NCBI RefSeq assembly: GCF_016433145.1 | Contig: NC_058132.1 | Span: 618,852,148 to 618,916,147, forward strand | Reading direction: 5' to 3' | DNA from: Gracilinanus agilis | Lineage: Eukaryota | DNA: 64,000 nucleotides | Notes under the pieces: generated by a model | The model's input: only the letters and a program-made list of their open reading frames with translations | The model's database searches: none | Told to the model about the DNA's origin: nothing | Made by a program: the position numbers and the translations under genes | Part shown: one piece after another, positions 50,968-64,000 of the stretch | Numbering within the stretch: position 1 is the first letter of the stretch | Layout of the letters: every line of letters begins with the position of its first letter

Positions 50968-53779
50968 TTAATTAAAACAAGCCAAGCTTATGCCTCAGCT
51001 GTGGGGAGCTGGGAATGAAATATTAAAAGGACGAGTAGGTTTAATCTCCATCTGGAAGGTTAACCCTTTGGGTGACTTGTTGAAAAGGTCTTTAACTAAA
51101 GTAGGCTCCGGTATCCAGGGACCATATGAATGGATAATTGCTCATTCAAGGCGGGGGGCGGGGGTGGTGGTGGTGGTAAAAAGTATGGGGTGGGGGAAGA
51201 TAAAAAGGGTAGATGTGTTTAAACATGAAAAAATTTAGCATAATTAAATCCCCTTACCCACCCAAGAAGAGTCACTTACGTGAGGCTAGAGTCAATGACT
51301 GAGGAGACTCTTTTCCTCATTACTTCAGAGACATCTTTGAACCTTAAGCATGCATGATTTAAACTTTTCCTTCACTTTTCTCAGATAAGACTCTATAGCC
51401 CCCTCTTTTTTCTCCTTTTCCTACTCACATCTATAAATAAACTCTATCCATCTGCTTCTCAAAAAAAAAAAAAAAAAGTACCACCAGAGAAGAGATTCAA
51501 TGAATTGTTTTATCCAGAGCAGAATTTAATGCAATAGCAACACTTCATTTCATTGTGATTGGTACAGCAGAGAAAACCTATTGTTCCTTAACAGGGTGGA
51601 GAAAACAAGTTCTTTTCTTATTTGTTCTCCTTTTCCTTTGCAAAGAAGATTATGGAGGAAAGTTATGCTTATTATTAACCTCCTCATCTTTAGCAAAAGG
51701 TTCAAAATTTGGAATCTCTTCGGTCTCAGGAAAACTGCATTTGATTTTAAATGTGCATTGGCACAAGTAATTTTCATTGAGATAATTTTTTGTTGGGTTG
51801 GGGGAGATTTCTTGGCTAGGGGAAAGAGGGAAAAAGCATGAGGTCACTAAAGATGCCCTAAGAGAGAGTAAAATGTTAGCTTGATAGATCAAAAATGCTC
51901 ACAATTTGCTCACTGCATTTGCCATCAGTATGCGTTTAGACAATCAGTCAGGGAAAATAGCTCTGGAATATTTCAACATTGGAAAGCTCCCGTAATTATT
52001 CTGCACCAATAAATTTCTGTTCACTCCAAAGTCCCACTCTGCTTGCAATTTTCAGAAAGGGTTCTTAATTTTTGAAGTGAAATCTTTGGATTAGAGAATA
52101 AGACCATGGACACTATAATGTGAAGTACTATAAAAGGCCAGAAAAAGGAGGAAATCCATCATCCTTCTCTTTTCCTTTAAGTCACTGCATTCAGGTAGAA
52201 AGCCTACCTTTCTGGGCTTCCTCAGTATAAATGAGAACCTTTAACCCAAACTGCATATTTTCCCAGTTTCTTTCACCTCTTGCATCCTTGACCATGACCA
52301 TTTGACGGGACAAATACATCTAAATGAGTTTTAATTAACCTGCCTCTATCAAAAGATAGTTTGTCAGCCAACAAGGACAGAGGCTGTTCTTATAGTGCAT
52401 TAACTCATAATTCCATTACTCAGATACTACTTGAGTGGTAGGAAAGAGAGGGAGGTTGAGAGAAGTAATATAGAGTGGGGCGGTGAAGGGAATTTACAAT
52501 CCTAACATCAACAATAAAAGTTACTCAACTAGCATCTGGTAATGGAGTCACACTCTTCCCACTTTTATACCTTCCCACTACGATGCCCAGCTCCCGTGGC
52601 ACCTCCCACATATATCTTTGGGGCTACATTCTACTTCTGTTTATTAAAGGCAGGCTTTCGCCTTTACAAGCTCTGTAAGAGAAATGAAGACAAATATATT
52701 CCTATGAGGAGTAATGCTAACAAAAGAGTAAGAGCCCCAGGACAGTCCATTTGGGCTTACAGTAAACTCCTTCATCAGGAACTAGACAGAAACCCACTGG
52801 TGGGAGGAGGGGAGGTTTATCCCATCTACGCTGCTCAGCCTCTCAACTACCACACACACACCACTAGCCCACCACCTCATTTGGTGGAAATTTTAAATCA
52901 TTTTAATTCAGTGACAAGTGCATTATGCAAATGCATCTAGTCATTTATAACAGTTACAGCTGTAATAGCTATGGGTTTTAGAGGCACAGTGGGATTTTAA
53001 TACAAAGATCCCCTGTTACCTTTCTCTTTTACAGAGGTGCTATGAAATTCACTGTCTATGGCAAAAAAAAAAAATACTCTAAGCTAAACAGAGGCTCCTT
53101 TTTACAGAATAGGACCTGCAGAAGTATTTTAACAGAATGTTATCTTTTAATTAAAGGTCTGAGGGGCTCAGAGAAGCCCTGTAGGCCACAGAAAAATATC
53201 CTTTTTTGTAAAACTAATCCTAAAAAGTGAAGTGAGATAGTCTATGCTAATTGCATTTCTCAACCATAAGAAATATCATATCACATTATGTTTTATATAT
53301 AATACACATGTATTAAATTTGATCACCCTTTCTATCACTTGCAAATATTCCTTCCATGTAATAATCATGTGTGATAAAAATAGAACATATTTTCTTATGA
53401 CAGAAAATGTAATTAAAAGTGATCTCACTTTATCTTTTAGACTAGCTTTATGGAAAAACTCTATACTTGTCCAGATCTCTAGATAGTAGAGATCTTGATA
53501 GATATCAGTTGTTTCAGTTACCTCTTTGACTTTTTTCCAAGAATTCCATTTGGGAGAGAGGAAAGAAGCCAGTAGCCCTTAAGTTGCCTTTGAAAAGTCT
53601 TCATAACACAACTTTTCATTTTTTACATCTTGAAGCCTATTTCACCTTTCTCAGTCTCCAACAAAACACTCTCTGTATCTCCTTAGTTTCACATTCTCTT
53701 TCATCTCCAACAACTATAGTAATTCCATTTTCTTATACGATGGGCATGTCTCCTTTAATATTTATATAAACTACATTTG

Positions 53780-53970
53780 GGGATTGTAGACTTAGCCTGG
53801 GAAAAGACTTTAGAGGTCATCTAATTTAACCGTTTAATTTTACAGATGAGGAAACTGAGACCCAGAGAAGTCTAGAGAGTTGGGCAAAGCCAGGTCACAC
53901 AAAGTGTTCAAGCCAGGGTTTGAACCAAAGCCTTCAACTATAAATCCTTTGCTTCCCACCCGGCTATACC
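53780..53970 (-). mobile_element. MIR3 SINE
   Basis: ttagaggtcatctaatttaac...ttacagatgaggaaactgagacccagag. Confidence 0.8.
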
Positions 53971-54774
53971 ATGCTGCCTCCTTCACCAAGGGAAGCACTA
54001 GCTTCACTGAAAACGTACTTCTGAGTTCACTCTGATCCTCAACTCATTGGAAGTGTTACGTGAGGGCACATTCACTGCACGCTGCCCTTGGAATAGGGCC
54101 ATTCTAAACAGTAACTGCTTCAACTACACTGTCTTCATGCCACTTTATAAGCCGGGCCGAGCCAGCCTTACAGATGTATTTAGGCTTTAGCTTGGAAATT
54201 GCATCTGTTGGGCTCTGTCATATTTTAACTGAAGCGTAGTTCACAGGCTCAGTGAATGCTAATGGACTAAGAAAGCAAGGTTCAACCAGGTGTTACTGGC
54301 AATGGGAGCTGAGCTTCAGCGGCCATAAATCAGAAAGAGCAGACAAGTCTCTAAATATAATAAAGATTCCTTCAACTCAACTGATTGCATCTGGATTTGA
54401 AACTTCTAGCACAAGGTGTGGGTAAGATTTTGTTGTGTTTATGTAAAAAGTGTGTAAATCTATTTGGCTCACCATCTGCTCTTGCCTGTCCTGTGACAAT
54501 CACTTTGGTCTAGCAGATATTTGAATAATGCCATGGCATACAAAAAAGTTGCAGTATTAATTTCCTGAAAATCACACACAAGCTGCCTTGAGGTAGGGTA
54601 TCAGACGAAACCATAAACCCATTTAGAGCTGACTACAAGATTAATGACTTGTCCTGCACTGATTTCCTTCTATTAGCAATCAGTGGATCTGCTCCATCTG
54701 TCATTTTCCTGGAAAGAAAATGTGGGTTTAATTTCCCAGTGATTCCCAGATTGGCCTTGAAAGGGAGTGACCTA

Positions 54775-54984
<210 letters not shown>

Positions 54985-55180
54985 TTAGGGAGAAAAAAAC
55001 ATTAAGATCTAAGGATTTTTTCAGGGTTACATCACTCCCCCATTCCCAACCAAACTTTCTTCCACAACTCCCTGTTGTATACCTAATTTTGTTTTCCAAA
55101 CAGAATGAACATTCAGGAAATAAATATTTTTTTTAAATCCTCAGACTTCCCTATCAAAATAGAAGTGTTAAAAAGTTCTA

Positions 55181-55330
<150 letters not shown>

Positions 55331-56664
55331 TTAAGGCTTTGCCCATGCCCCTCAGAAAAGTCTTGATATTTTTTTAAACAAGAAATGAAAACATAGTTAA
55401 TATCACTGTCTAGTCCAAAGTAAAATAAGAATTAAGAACTGAAGGGCATTGCACAAAAGACAGTTAATATGTACAAATATTTAGTTTTCTATCCTGCTTT
55501 TTTTCTAGTTAAGGATGAAACCCTGTTAGAACTAAAATGAGGCCCAGTGTGTTTAATTCTGAAATTCTATTGTCTTTTCGGAATCTACAAATAGAGAGAA
55601 CAAAATTTATAAAGAATTAATCAAATGGAGGAAAGGAAAGCTTTTATGGAGAGACTTTTTTTTTCACTTACCAACTATTTAAGTAATAGAAAGATGGTGC
55701 CCACTGGTTTAGGTTTCTGACATAGAAATGGTCATCTAGAAATGGCTCACCCATGAGAATGGCCAATTAGCCACAGGAATTCTTCCTCTTTCCTGGCTAT
55801 TTGAGATTTTCTGTCCTCCCCTATTCCATTCTACCTGTAATCCTATATTCTTTCTGCAATGTTCCATGTCATTACAACCCAATCTGAGATTCTCATTGAA
55901 CTCCTGAAGTGGAGGCTTTGGTGGGACACTCAGTAGGGATGAGGGAAAAGGGGGAAGAAAGAAAATAGGGCAAATATTAGAGGAAATAATTCCCTAAGTT
56001 TCTGAGGTCAGTCTATTTGCCTTCAATGACTTTCTGACAATCCTCTATCTCTGTGATTCTGTTCACTCTCTGGCGTCTAGAGCCACCATGCCTAGTCCAG
56101 CTCCCAAGTTTAAATTCACAGGGTATAGTAAGTATGTGTTTTCCTCAGTTTTCCATGTTTAAGATGTCATTTACCATTCACTAAAGACTCTGAAATTTAT
56201 CTAGATGGAGATGAAGCAGATATTTGAAAATGATAAAAATTTAATAAACTGAAAATTCCAGACTTCTATATCACCCTGATATTGTTTGTCCAGGAATTCT
56301 TCCATGGAAATTTTTTGTTTTTGTCTTACATCTTCAAGTAGAAGTATACTTGTCTTATACTTCAAGGATCTATCATGTCATTGGCTGTGGGACCTTCACC
56401 AACTGAGTTCACAATCCTGCTATAACTAGGTAGATCATCTTCAACATTTGCTCAGCTCAAAAAGACAAAAAAGCCATCACCCTGTAGACAACTGCATAGT
56501 CAGCCTCTCTGAAATTAGCTAGGTAGGTCCTCTGAAAACAGAAGTGTAATGTGTTCCATCTAAGCCTCATATTGAAAGCCCCAATATAACCTGTGAGAGC
56601 TCAGGATCCCATCCATGCGATAGTGAGGGATGGTGTAATGACATTATTGGAGACCTTTGTGCTA

Positions 56665-57340
56665 TAGCCCATTGAAGTTTTAAAAACTGATTCTGGTAGA
56701 GTTGTGAACTGATCCTATCATTCTGGGAATTTTGCCCAAAGGGCTATAAAACAATGTATACCTTTTGATTCAGTAATACCATTTCTGGGTCTGTATCCCA
56801 AAGAGAAAAAACATGGGAAAGGACATGTTTGAACAAAAATAATTGGAAACTAAAGGGATGTCCCTCAATTGGGGAATGACTGAACAAAATGTGGTATATG
56901 ATTGTGATGGAATACTATTGTGCCATAAGGAATGATAAACAGAATGATTTCAGAAACAACAGGAAAGACCTACATAAACTGATACGGAGTGAAATAAGCA
57001 GAACCAGGAGAATATTATCCACAGTAACTGCAATATTGTGGAATGATCAAATGGGATAGAATTAGCTACTAACAGTAATAAAATGATTCAGGACAATTCT
57101 GAGGGAAAAAATACTGTACACCTCCAGAATGCTGTACAACTCCAACTAAGAACTATTGGAATAGAAATAGAGATGAAAACATATGATTTATCAATTGCTT
57201 ATTTGTATATTTTTGGTTCTATATGCTTATTTGTTTACAAAAATAACATGGAAATATGTTTTGCATGATAATACACGGACAATATGGATCATATAACTTT
57301 GGAAAACTTATGTGGAAAAGTATAATTTAAATAAAATTTT
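56665..57340 (+). mobile_element. L1 ORF2 3' end plus 3'UTR
   Basis: ggaattttgcccaaagggctataaa...ccctcaattggggaatg...gagtgaaataagcagaaccaggaga. Confidence 0.9.
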
Positions 57341-58022
57341 TTAAACTGATGTTCAACAAAAATGAATCAATGGCAACAACGTCTTCTTCTATTAAAGTAC
57401 ACATCACTTGTCTCACTGTGGCAAGGAAGTTACTTTGAATTCTTGAAAGTTATACCAGTGAACCCCAAGTTCTAGAAAGTTCTTTTTAAATAGAAAGTTA
57501 TCACAAACAACCTGAGACAGATTGTTTCTAATCATATGCTTTCTGAAGTTCAGAGAAGCTGCCAGAAAGATCACTATCCAGTGATAATTTTTATTTTTGT
57601 TGCTATTGTTCAGAACTAAAGCTTGAAGGTATTATGATCTGCCTTACCTGAGACATCACCTACATGAATGAAGTAATAATATCTTGCCACTCATCTGAAA
57701 AGATGAGTCAACAAGTATAATATCTTTACAGGCTGGAGAGCAAAAAGGGAGGGGTAGGGGGAATCAGGAGAGGTTTAAGGAATTTCCTGCTCTCCAAATC
57801 CTTTATCCTTAATAATAAAAAAAAAGAAGAAAGAAAGAAAGAAAAATCTCATACAGCTATTATGACTTGATTCACTTCAAGTGAATTACTTTGAGTGGTT
57901 GCATGAAAGGAAAACACAAAATAGGTCTCTCCATATGAAGACCATTTACATTTCCTAAACATAAGGACATGATATGAGCTTCCCAGAGATCAAAAAACTC
58001 AACCTTGAAGATTTTTTTTTAC

Positions 58023-58081
58023 CTTGATTCAAATGTTTCTCTTCATCTGCTTCCTGCTTTGCTTTACTGTATTTACTCCGT
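58023..58081 (-). CDS. EPHA4: EPHA4 coding exon (orthologous to human exon 9), juxtamembrane RSKYSKAKQEADEEKHLNQ
   Basis: Minus strand CCTTAACAG|ACGGAGTAAATAC...GAATCAAG|GTA. 59 bp; translation matches the EphA4 juxtamembrane segment. Too short to appear in the ORF track. Confidence 0.97.
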
Positions 58082-58479
58082 CTGTTAAGGAAAAAGAACC
58101 AAAGAAAATAAAAAAAATAAAAACCTCAAATCTATTATAATTTGAAATCAATACCTTGCCTAAAAACAAGTTAATAGTATGAACCAAGCAAGTTCCTACC
58201 TAATGAAGCTTAAAATGGGAGTCAGGTGATAATATCATTAACACCTAAAAGAGAGAACTCTTTTCTTTTTTTATTCTATAGTTAGGACCCAGACCCAGCT
58301 TGCTGGTTCTCTGTAGCAATCTTCATGCCATGCCACCCTTCCCTCTAGCTCTCGGAATCATAATAAAATCAACCCTATTAATTCTGGAAAGAGCATGTCA
58401 ATCAATTCCCTTATAGCTATGTTTACTATCTATATAATTTCTAAGCACAAAACACTGCTTCCTGGATACTCCCTTATAT

Positions 58480-58615
58480 GTGTTGTTTTCCCATATTAGA
58501 TTGTAAGCAAACAAAGGCAAAGACTGTCTTTTTGTATTTTTAACTCTAGCACTTAGTGCAATAGCTAGAACATAGTAAGTGTTTAATAAATGCTTTTTGA
58601 AGAATTTCATTCATT
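58480..58615 (+). mobile_element. L2 3' end
   Basis: ttagattgtaag...gcacttagtgc...ttaataaatgc...ttcattcattca. Confidence 0.8.
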
Positions 58616-60039
58616 CACTAAGAGTAAAGTTATGATGAATCAAAAAATGGAGACAAGGATGAAAGTAAAAAAAAGAGAGATCAACAGCTTTTTAGAATTC
58701 TCTTCCCAAAATAACTGCTATTTTGCATGTAACAAAGGGGCCCTGTGATGAGGTTAACTATTTTATTTGCCATGTTGGGTAAATATACTTTTCTTTTGGT
58801 TTGAGGATGTAGAGTCCTAGTGATATTTACCCTCATCCAACAATTATAATAAATATGAAAATCTAAAATGGCTTGGGGACCCTAAGATAGGTGATAGGTG
58901 AACTTGTTTCCTTGAGGAAACAGTAGAAGTCAGTTCAGTCTTAAAACAATTTATTTCAATCAAAAATTAAAAAAACCAAACAAAATAGAAAGAGTTAATA
59001 GAACAAGTCTAAGAAGAATTAAAAAGACAGATCCAGTCACTTCCTCATGCAGCCTGGACAAGGGTAAGATAACTAAGGTAGCTGTAGACATCCTTAAAGG
59101 GACAGGCTTACAATCCTATCATTTCCAAAATAGGGAAAATTGAGTTGTACATAGCCCTGAGAAGAATTCTTCAGCTGAGATAAATTGGTAGAAGATATCT
59201 ATAGCTTAACAATGTCATAGGCATAAATTGTTCTTCCATGTTTGTGTAATGTTCACATATGTTCCCTGTGGATTCACCTCTCCATGCAAGTATCTGGACC
59301 ACACGTGTCCTCCATGTTGAGCTACACTCCTATGGATGGTCACTGCTCACTGAGTTGGTAGGTATTTGTGAGAGATTGACCTTAAAGTTTATAAAAGATA
59401 CGTAAAATTACTTTATTTACTTTTGTGTTATATAGCTAAAATACCTTTGTTATGAACTGTCTGCCGTCTGACTGAATGGTAAAAAGTAAAACATATTGGT
59501 GGGAGCTCATAAGAAGATTGTGGTCCATAAAATACCCAGGCTATGAATTGAAGAGGGTTCTGAGGGTGCTGAAAGACGGGAGGGTTTGTCATTGGAAGAG
59601 AAAGGACCTAGTAGGCTATATGATCATTGATGACTAAGAAAATTAAGATATCTGAACATAGGATTCTTTAAGAGTGGCAAAGAGAATACTTTAAATAGAA
59701 TTCCCTCTAACTTCCAATCCATAAGCCTATATATTTTATTGAGGATGGGTCATAAATTCACAAAGTCCTCTCCTCTGGTATTATATGTCTGTGTTACAAA
59801 CTTTATGAATGTCCAGACCTACACTACACCTGTCTTTAGGGAAAACAAAAAGGATATTGTGAGGGCTTATAGACAGTTATATAAGCACATCTTTAATTAA
59901 AATAAAAACAAAAGCAAAATGTTAACAGAGCAGACTTTTCTATAGGGCTTCAAAGTTTAGAACCTGGGATATAGGCTCTATAAAAATTATTCTATTTTAC
60001 AGTTATAGAAATAAATGTGTTTTATGAACCTTAATTATC

Positions 60040-60380
60040 TGTAGATATTAATCATTATAAATATGGGTTCTAGGTCAAGAGACCTGGTTTAATATTTTAG
60101 TCGTTGGGGGACATGAGGGGGGAAACATGACCATGGGACTCTAAAAGATTCGGTTTCCTTAGCTATTAAGTGGAGAGAGGAATAATTCTACTACCCAGGA
60201 AGTCTATTGTGTGGAAAATACTTTGGCAAAACTTTGGCAAAAATAACACCCACCCCCACCCACACGGCATAGTTACTAGAGTGCTGGATTAGGAGTCCAG
60301 AAGACCTGGATTCCCATTCACTTCTGACACTTACTAGTCACAAGGTATGAGAGTGGGTAGATACTGTCTCTGGAGTCAGA
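60040..60380 (+). mobile_element. Degraded MIR fragments
   Basis: ctaggtcaagagacctgg..., ggagtccagaagacctggattc. Confidence 0.5.
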
Positions 60381-61234
60381 GAATCTATTTCTAAGTATGA
60401 AGAGGAGATTAATATATTTTGGAGACACTCATGACTAGCAAATCAACTACCAGATGATTAATTATTTTGGCCACAATATCTCATTAAACTCTTTCCTAAG
60501 ATTAATAATGTACTCTGAATGAAGACACTTCATACCCTTGATATATTTAAATATAGGATACAATCCTTGAAAAGTGAGGTCATAAGTACAGTGAAAGGAA
60601 CATTAGTTTTAACTTAGAGGCTTGGGTTTTGGTTTTTGGTTGATGGATTGGTTCTGCTTACTTTAATTTTCATCATTTCTGATGTGTTCCTATTCTTCTC
60701 TGTGTTCATATTAATCGTTTTACTAATTCATGTCTGATGATTTGTTTCACCATTGATGGACATGTTTCCAGTTCTTTGATAACAAAAAAAAAATGCTACC
60801 ATACATATTTCTTCACCCCTTTTCTTGTAAAAATAAGAAAACTTAGACCTAGCAAAGAGAGTAAGACTTATGAATACAGAGAAGCATAGGAAGACATAAG
60901 GAATGATGTAAATGATTGAAGTAAGCAGAACCAATCCATCAACCAACAATCATTTAACAAGTACTTAGTAAAGGCCAATGAGGGGAAAAAAAAGAATTTA
61001 ATAGAAATAAAAACAACAAAACAATTGAAACTGAATGCTGTGAAACTATACTCGTACCAAGCTCTGCCCCAAAGAAGAGACATAAACTGAGTTAGCCAAA
61101 AGTTATATGATTTATCTAAGATTATATAGCACATTTGCAGTAGAGATTAGAATTCAAGTGTCTAATTCCCAAAACTAGATTCTTTAAAATTTACAGTGCC
61201 TCTTGGGATGGAGAGTTGGTCATGTAAGTTTACA

Positions 61235-61238
61235 TATA

Positions 61239-61276
<38 letters not shown>

Positions 61277-61780
61277 CACNNNNNNNNNNNNNNNNNNNNN
61301 NNNNNNNNNNNNNNNNNNNNNNNNNNNNNNNNNNNNNNNNNNNNNNNNNNNNNNNNNNNNNNNNNNNNNNNNNNNNNNNNNNNNNNNNNNNNNNNNNNNN
61401 NNNNNNNNNNNNNNNNNNNNNNNNNNNNNNNNNNNNNNNNNNNNNNNNNNNNNNNNNNNNNNNNNNNNNNNNNNNNNNNNNNNNNNNNNNNNNNNNNNNN
61501 NNNNNNNNNNNNNNNNNNNNNNNNNNNNNNNNNNNNNNNNNNNNNNNNNNNNNNNNNNNNNNNNNNNNNNNNNNNNNNNNNNNNNNNNNNNNNNNNNNNN
61601 NNNNNNNNNNNNNNNNNNNNNNNNNNNNNNNNNNNNNNNNNNNNNNNNNNNNNNNNNNNNNNNNNNNNNNNNNNNNNNNATGAGGAAATTGATATCTAGA
61701 AAGGTGAAATAAATTGCTCAATGTCACTCAGCTAAATAGAGCTAAGTCTAGAACCTAAATCTCCTGAAGTCTAGCTCAGT
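61235..61780. repeat. (TA)n running into gap 61280-61679, followed by MIR (-)
   Basis: Directly visible. Confidence 0.8.
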
Positions 61781-64000
61781 TGGTCTTGGTTTTTCTCAAC
61801 AGATAGCTGACAGTGTGAGCTTAAATAAAAGACTTCAACTTTCTAGGTTTTATTTGAAAAGGGACATATTTGAGTCAGTTAATCTCTAGGGTCTTTTTTG
61901 TCACAAATGTTCTGCAAATATAAGATTGCTATACTTTCTAAGCATGAGCCTCTGCAATTGGATTGCCAGGTTCTTAAAAATCCATTGATAGATCAATGAA
62001 ATTAAATAGCTTGATGCACTCTGAAACAGAGAATTTAGAGAAGGCACAAATCAAACCACTATGGACATCAATAAACACATGGCTGTGTATAGAGGGCAGT
62101 ACATGGCCATATGTGTCTATGTGATTTTTGTGTTATTGGAACTCCTAAAATCATTACCTGAAACTACAAAGATATTTTTAAAACCATTCTAGATCTAAAA
62201 CAATGATTCAAACTGCTTCCCATCTAAAAGACCAAAAAAAATTGCAGGGAGGGATTGGGATTGGTTTTGTACCTAATTTTGACTTTCTGAGAATTAGCTT
62301 AGTCAAGTATCATACTTCTCTACTTGCAGAAATAAGGTCCAGTAAGGAAATACCAATCCTTTAATTACAGTAGTGGTAATGTTACCATCTCTGCATTAAG
62401 CATGTTCCTCAAAGTACACAAGGCAAAAAGAGAAATGAAATTATAATACTACTTAATTTGAAGTTCCATACCTGACCCCTCAAAAATGAGTGAGATGGAT
62501 ATTTAAATACAGAGAGGGAAATAAATGTAAGTAGGTTGTTAGAATTAGTGGCAATGTTTTATTATTTTAAAAAATCTTTTAGGTCTGACTTTGGAGGGGG
62601 GAAAACAGGGTAAAGCCATTAAAGAAACAACAACACAAGAATTATTGTTCAAACCCTAATTGTAGCTTATTAACTTTTAATAATACCTTTAAAAATAAAA
62701 ATGCCCTGCTTCCAGTTCTAGCTTTGTCACCTGTTGACCTTTTCTCCTTGATTCAGGGTAGAGGAACACTGTGGGCAGTTATTGTCCAAGAAAGAAAATC
62801 CCTTGGAAGCTCATTATTCGGTCAATGGACCATAGGAAAACCCCGGAGCCTAAGAAGAGCTAACATTCAGAGGTTGCTTCACCTGAATGACAGAAGAAAA
62901 CCTTTGTGTTCAGTTTGAATTTGGTAATTATAGGGATTTGGATGGTGCTGATTAAAAGAGGGAAAGGAGGGAGAAAAGAGAATAAAGAGGGCACATGGAA
63001 TTTTCAGAAACTGCAGGAGTCCAAGAAGAGAGAAACTACAGGTGAGCTGGAGAGAAAGAATGATAGAATCCTTTCTATAGGCTAAAGGATATTTGCAAAA
63101 AAAGAGTATTTAACCAGCATTGTTCAGGAACAGCATGGGCTCCTAAGTACAGCCTTCTCAACCAATGTGTTCTAGTTGGCATCTTGACTATTCCCAAACC
63201 AGACAAAAGAAAAACAAATAGACAGATCCAGAGTTGGGTCTTTTCTGATTAAGATACTAACTTCAATGCTCTAGCAGAAGGGTTTGATTGATGTAGTCCA
63301 CTATTCCAAAACTAATTAGTAAAAGGTAGGTAATTTATTCAACTGGAGTAGAGATTAAAAAGTAAAGCAATCTAATAACCAGAATGGCTCCTAGGGGACA
63401 CTCTCAAGCTTCCGCTGTATTGTCAATGAGGATTCATAAAAACCATCCTTCTTGCCTCCCCCTTTCTGGATCCTCTATGGCCCTTCCACCACATGTTTCC
63501 TAACTGTTATTTGCGAGCAACATTTTAAGATAGTTGAACTACAGTACAGTAATACAATGGTAAGGAGCTGGGTGGAAATGTTCAGGCGGCACCATCTGCC
63601 CTCTCTCATTGTATGAATTTACATGACTTCATCAGTGCCAATTTAAGTTACCATTCTTTCTTATGTGAACATAATCTTTCAGAAGAGCCCAACAGAGCAC
63701 CAAGGGAAGAAGCTGGCTGAATGGAAACAGGCCAGCGTTCCACGAGTCCCTTTTTCCTCAATGGAAGAACTTAATCTTCAACAAAAGCAGGAGGCAGATT
63801 TTTTAAGTCTGATTTGGCTGTACATTTTACTGGTAGATCAATTCATATGGAAAGCAGGCCCAGATTTGGGTGACTTTAGGAACAACAGGACTGTAAATAC
63901 TATGAAAGCCACTGGAGAGTCTTTGGAAGAGCAGCTTCAAAACCTCACCAAAACCTTGCTTTCTATCACAACTGTTGCAAACTTATCATAAACGATGGTA

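Noticed and set aside
52542-52940. 132-aa plus-strand ORF
   Set aside because: No recognisable domain or splice structure, and composition looks non-coding.
60220-60241. 11-bp tandem duplication actttggcaaa
   Set aside because: Ordinary slippage event.
63665-63991. 108-aa plus-strand ORF
   Set aside because: No homology recognised, non-ATG start, and antisense to the intron.
58082-64000. Search for the EPHA4 transmembrane exon
   Set aside because: No matching translation found; it lies beyond the window.

Overview
Vertebrate, AT-rich, repeat-dense DNA from a marsupial. It is most likely the opossum Monodelphis domestica, inferred from several SINE1_Mdo-type SINEs, plus MAR1/MIR3-type SINEs and abundant L2/MIR. 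The window holds the 3' half of EPHA4 (ephrin type-A receptor 4) on the minus strand. Nine coding exons (58081 down to the stop at 35996-35998) splice with canonical GT-AG sites into one uninterrupted frame of 414 codons plus TGA after a split first codon. They encode the juxtamembrane region, kinase domain, SAM domain and PDZ-binding tail (MVPV*). The transmembrane and extracellular exons lie beyond the right edge. The 3'UTR is interrupted by an ~8 kb intron (27172-35205), followed by a non-coding last exon from 27171 to roughly 24500 (end unresolved, next to a gap). Positions 1-24000 are intergenic 3' flank with two solo LTRs, hAT MITEs, L1/L2/L3 fragments and SINEs. There are six assembly gaps. 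The most unusual observations are: a spliced 3'UTR with competing proximal poly(A) signals; a ~190 bp diverged direct repeat bracketing exons 16-17; a 40 bp local templated insertion inside a MIR; a 65 bp Hox-motif hairpin; and a hAT MITE family carrying CTCF-like motifs. Repeat names come from recalled consensus sequences and repeat boundaries are approximate unless TSDs are given. I found no convincing new protein-coding system.
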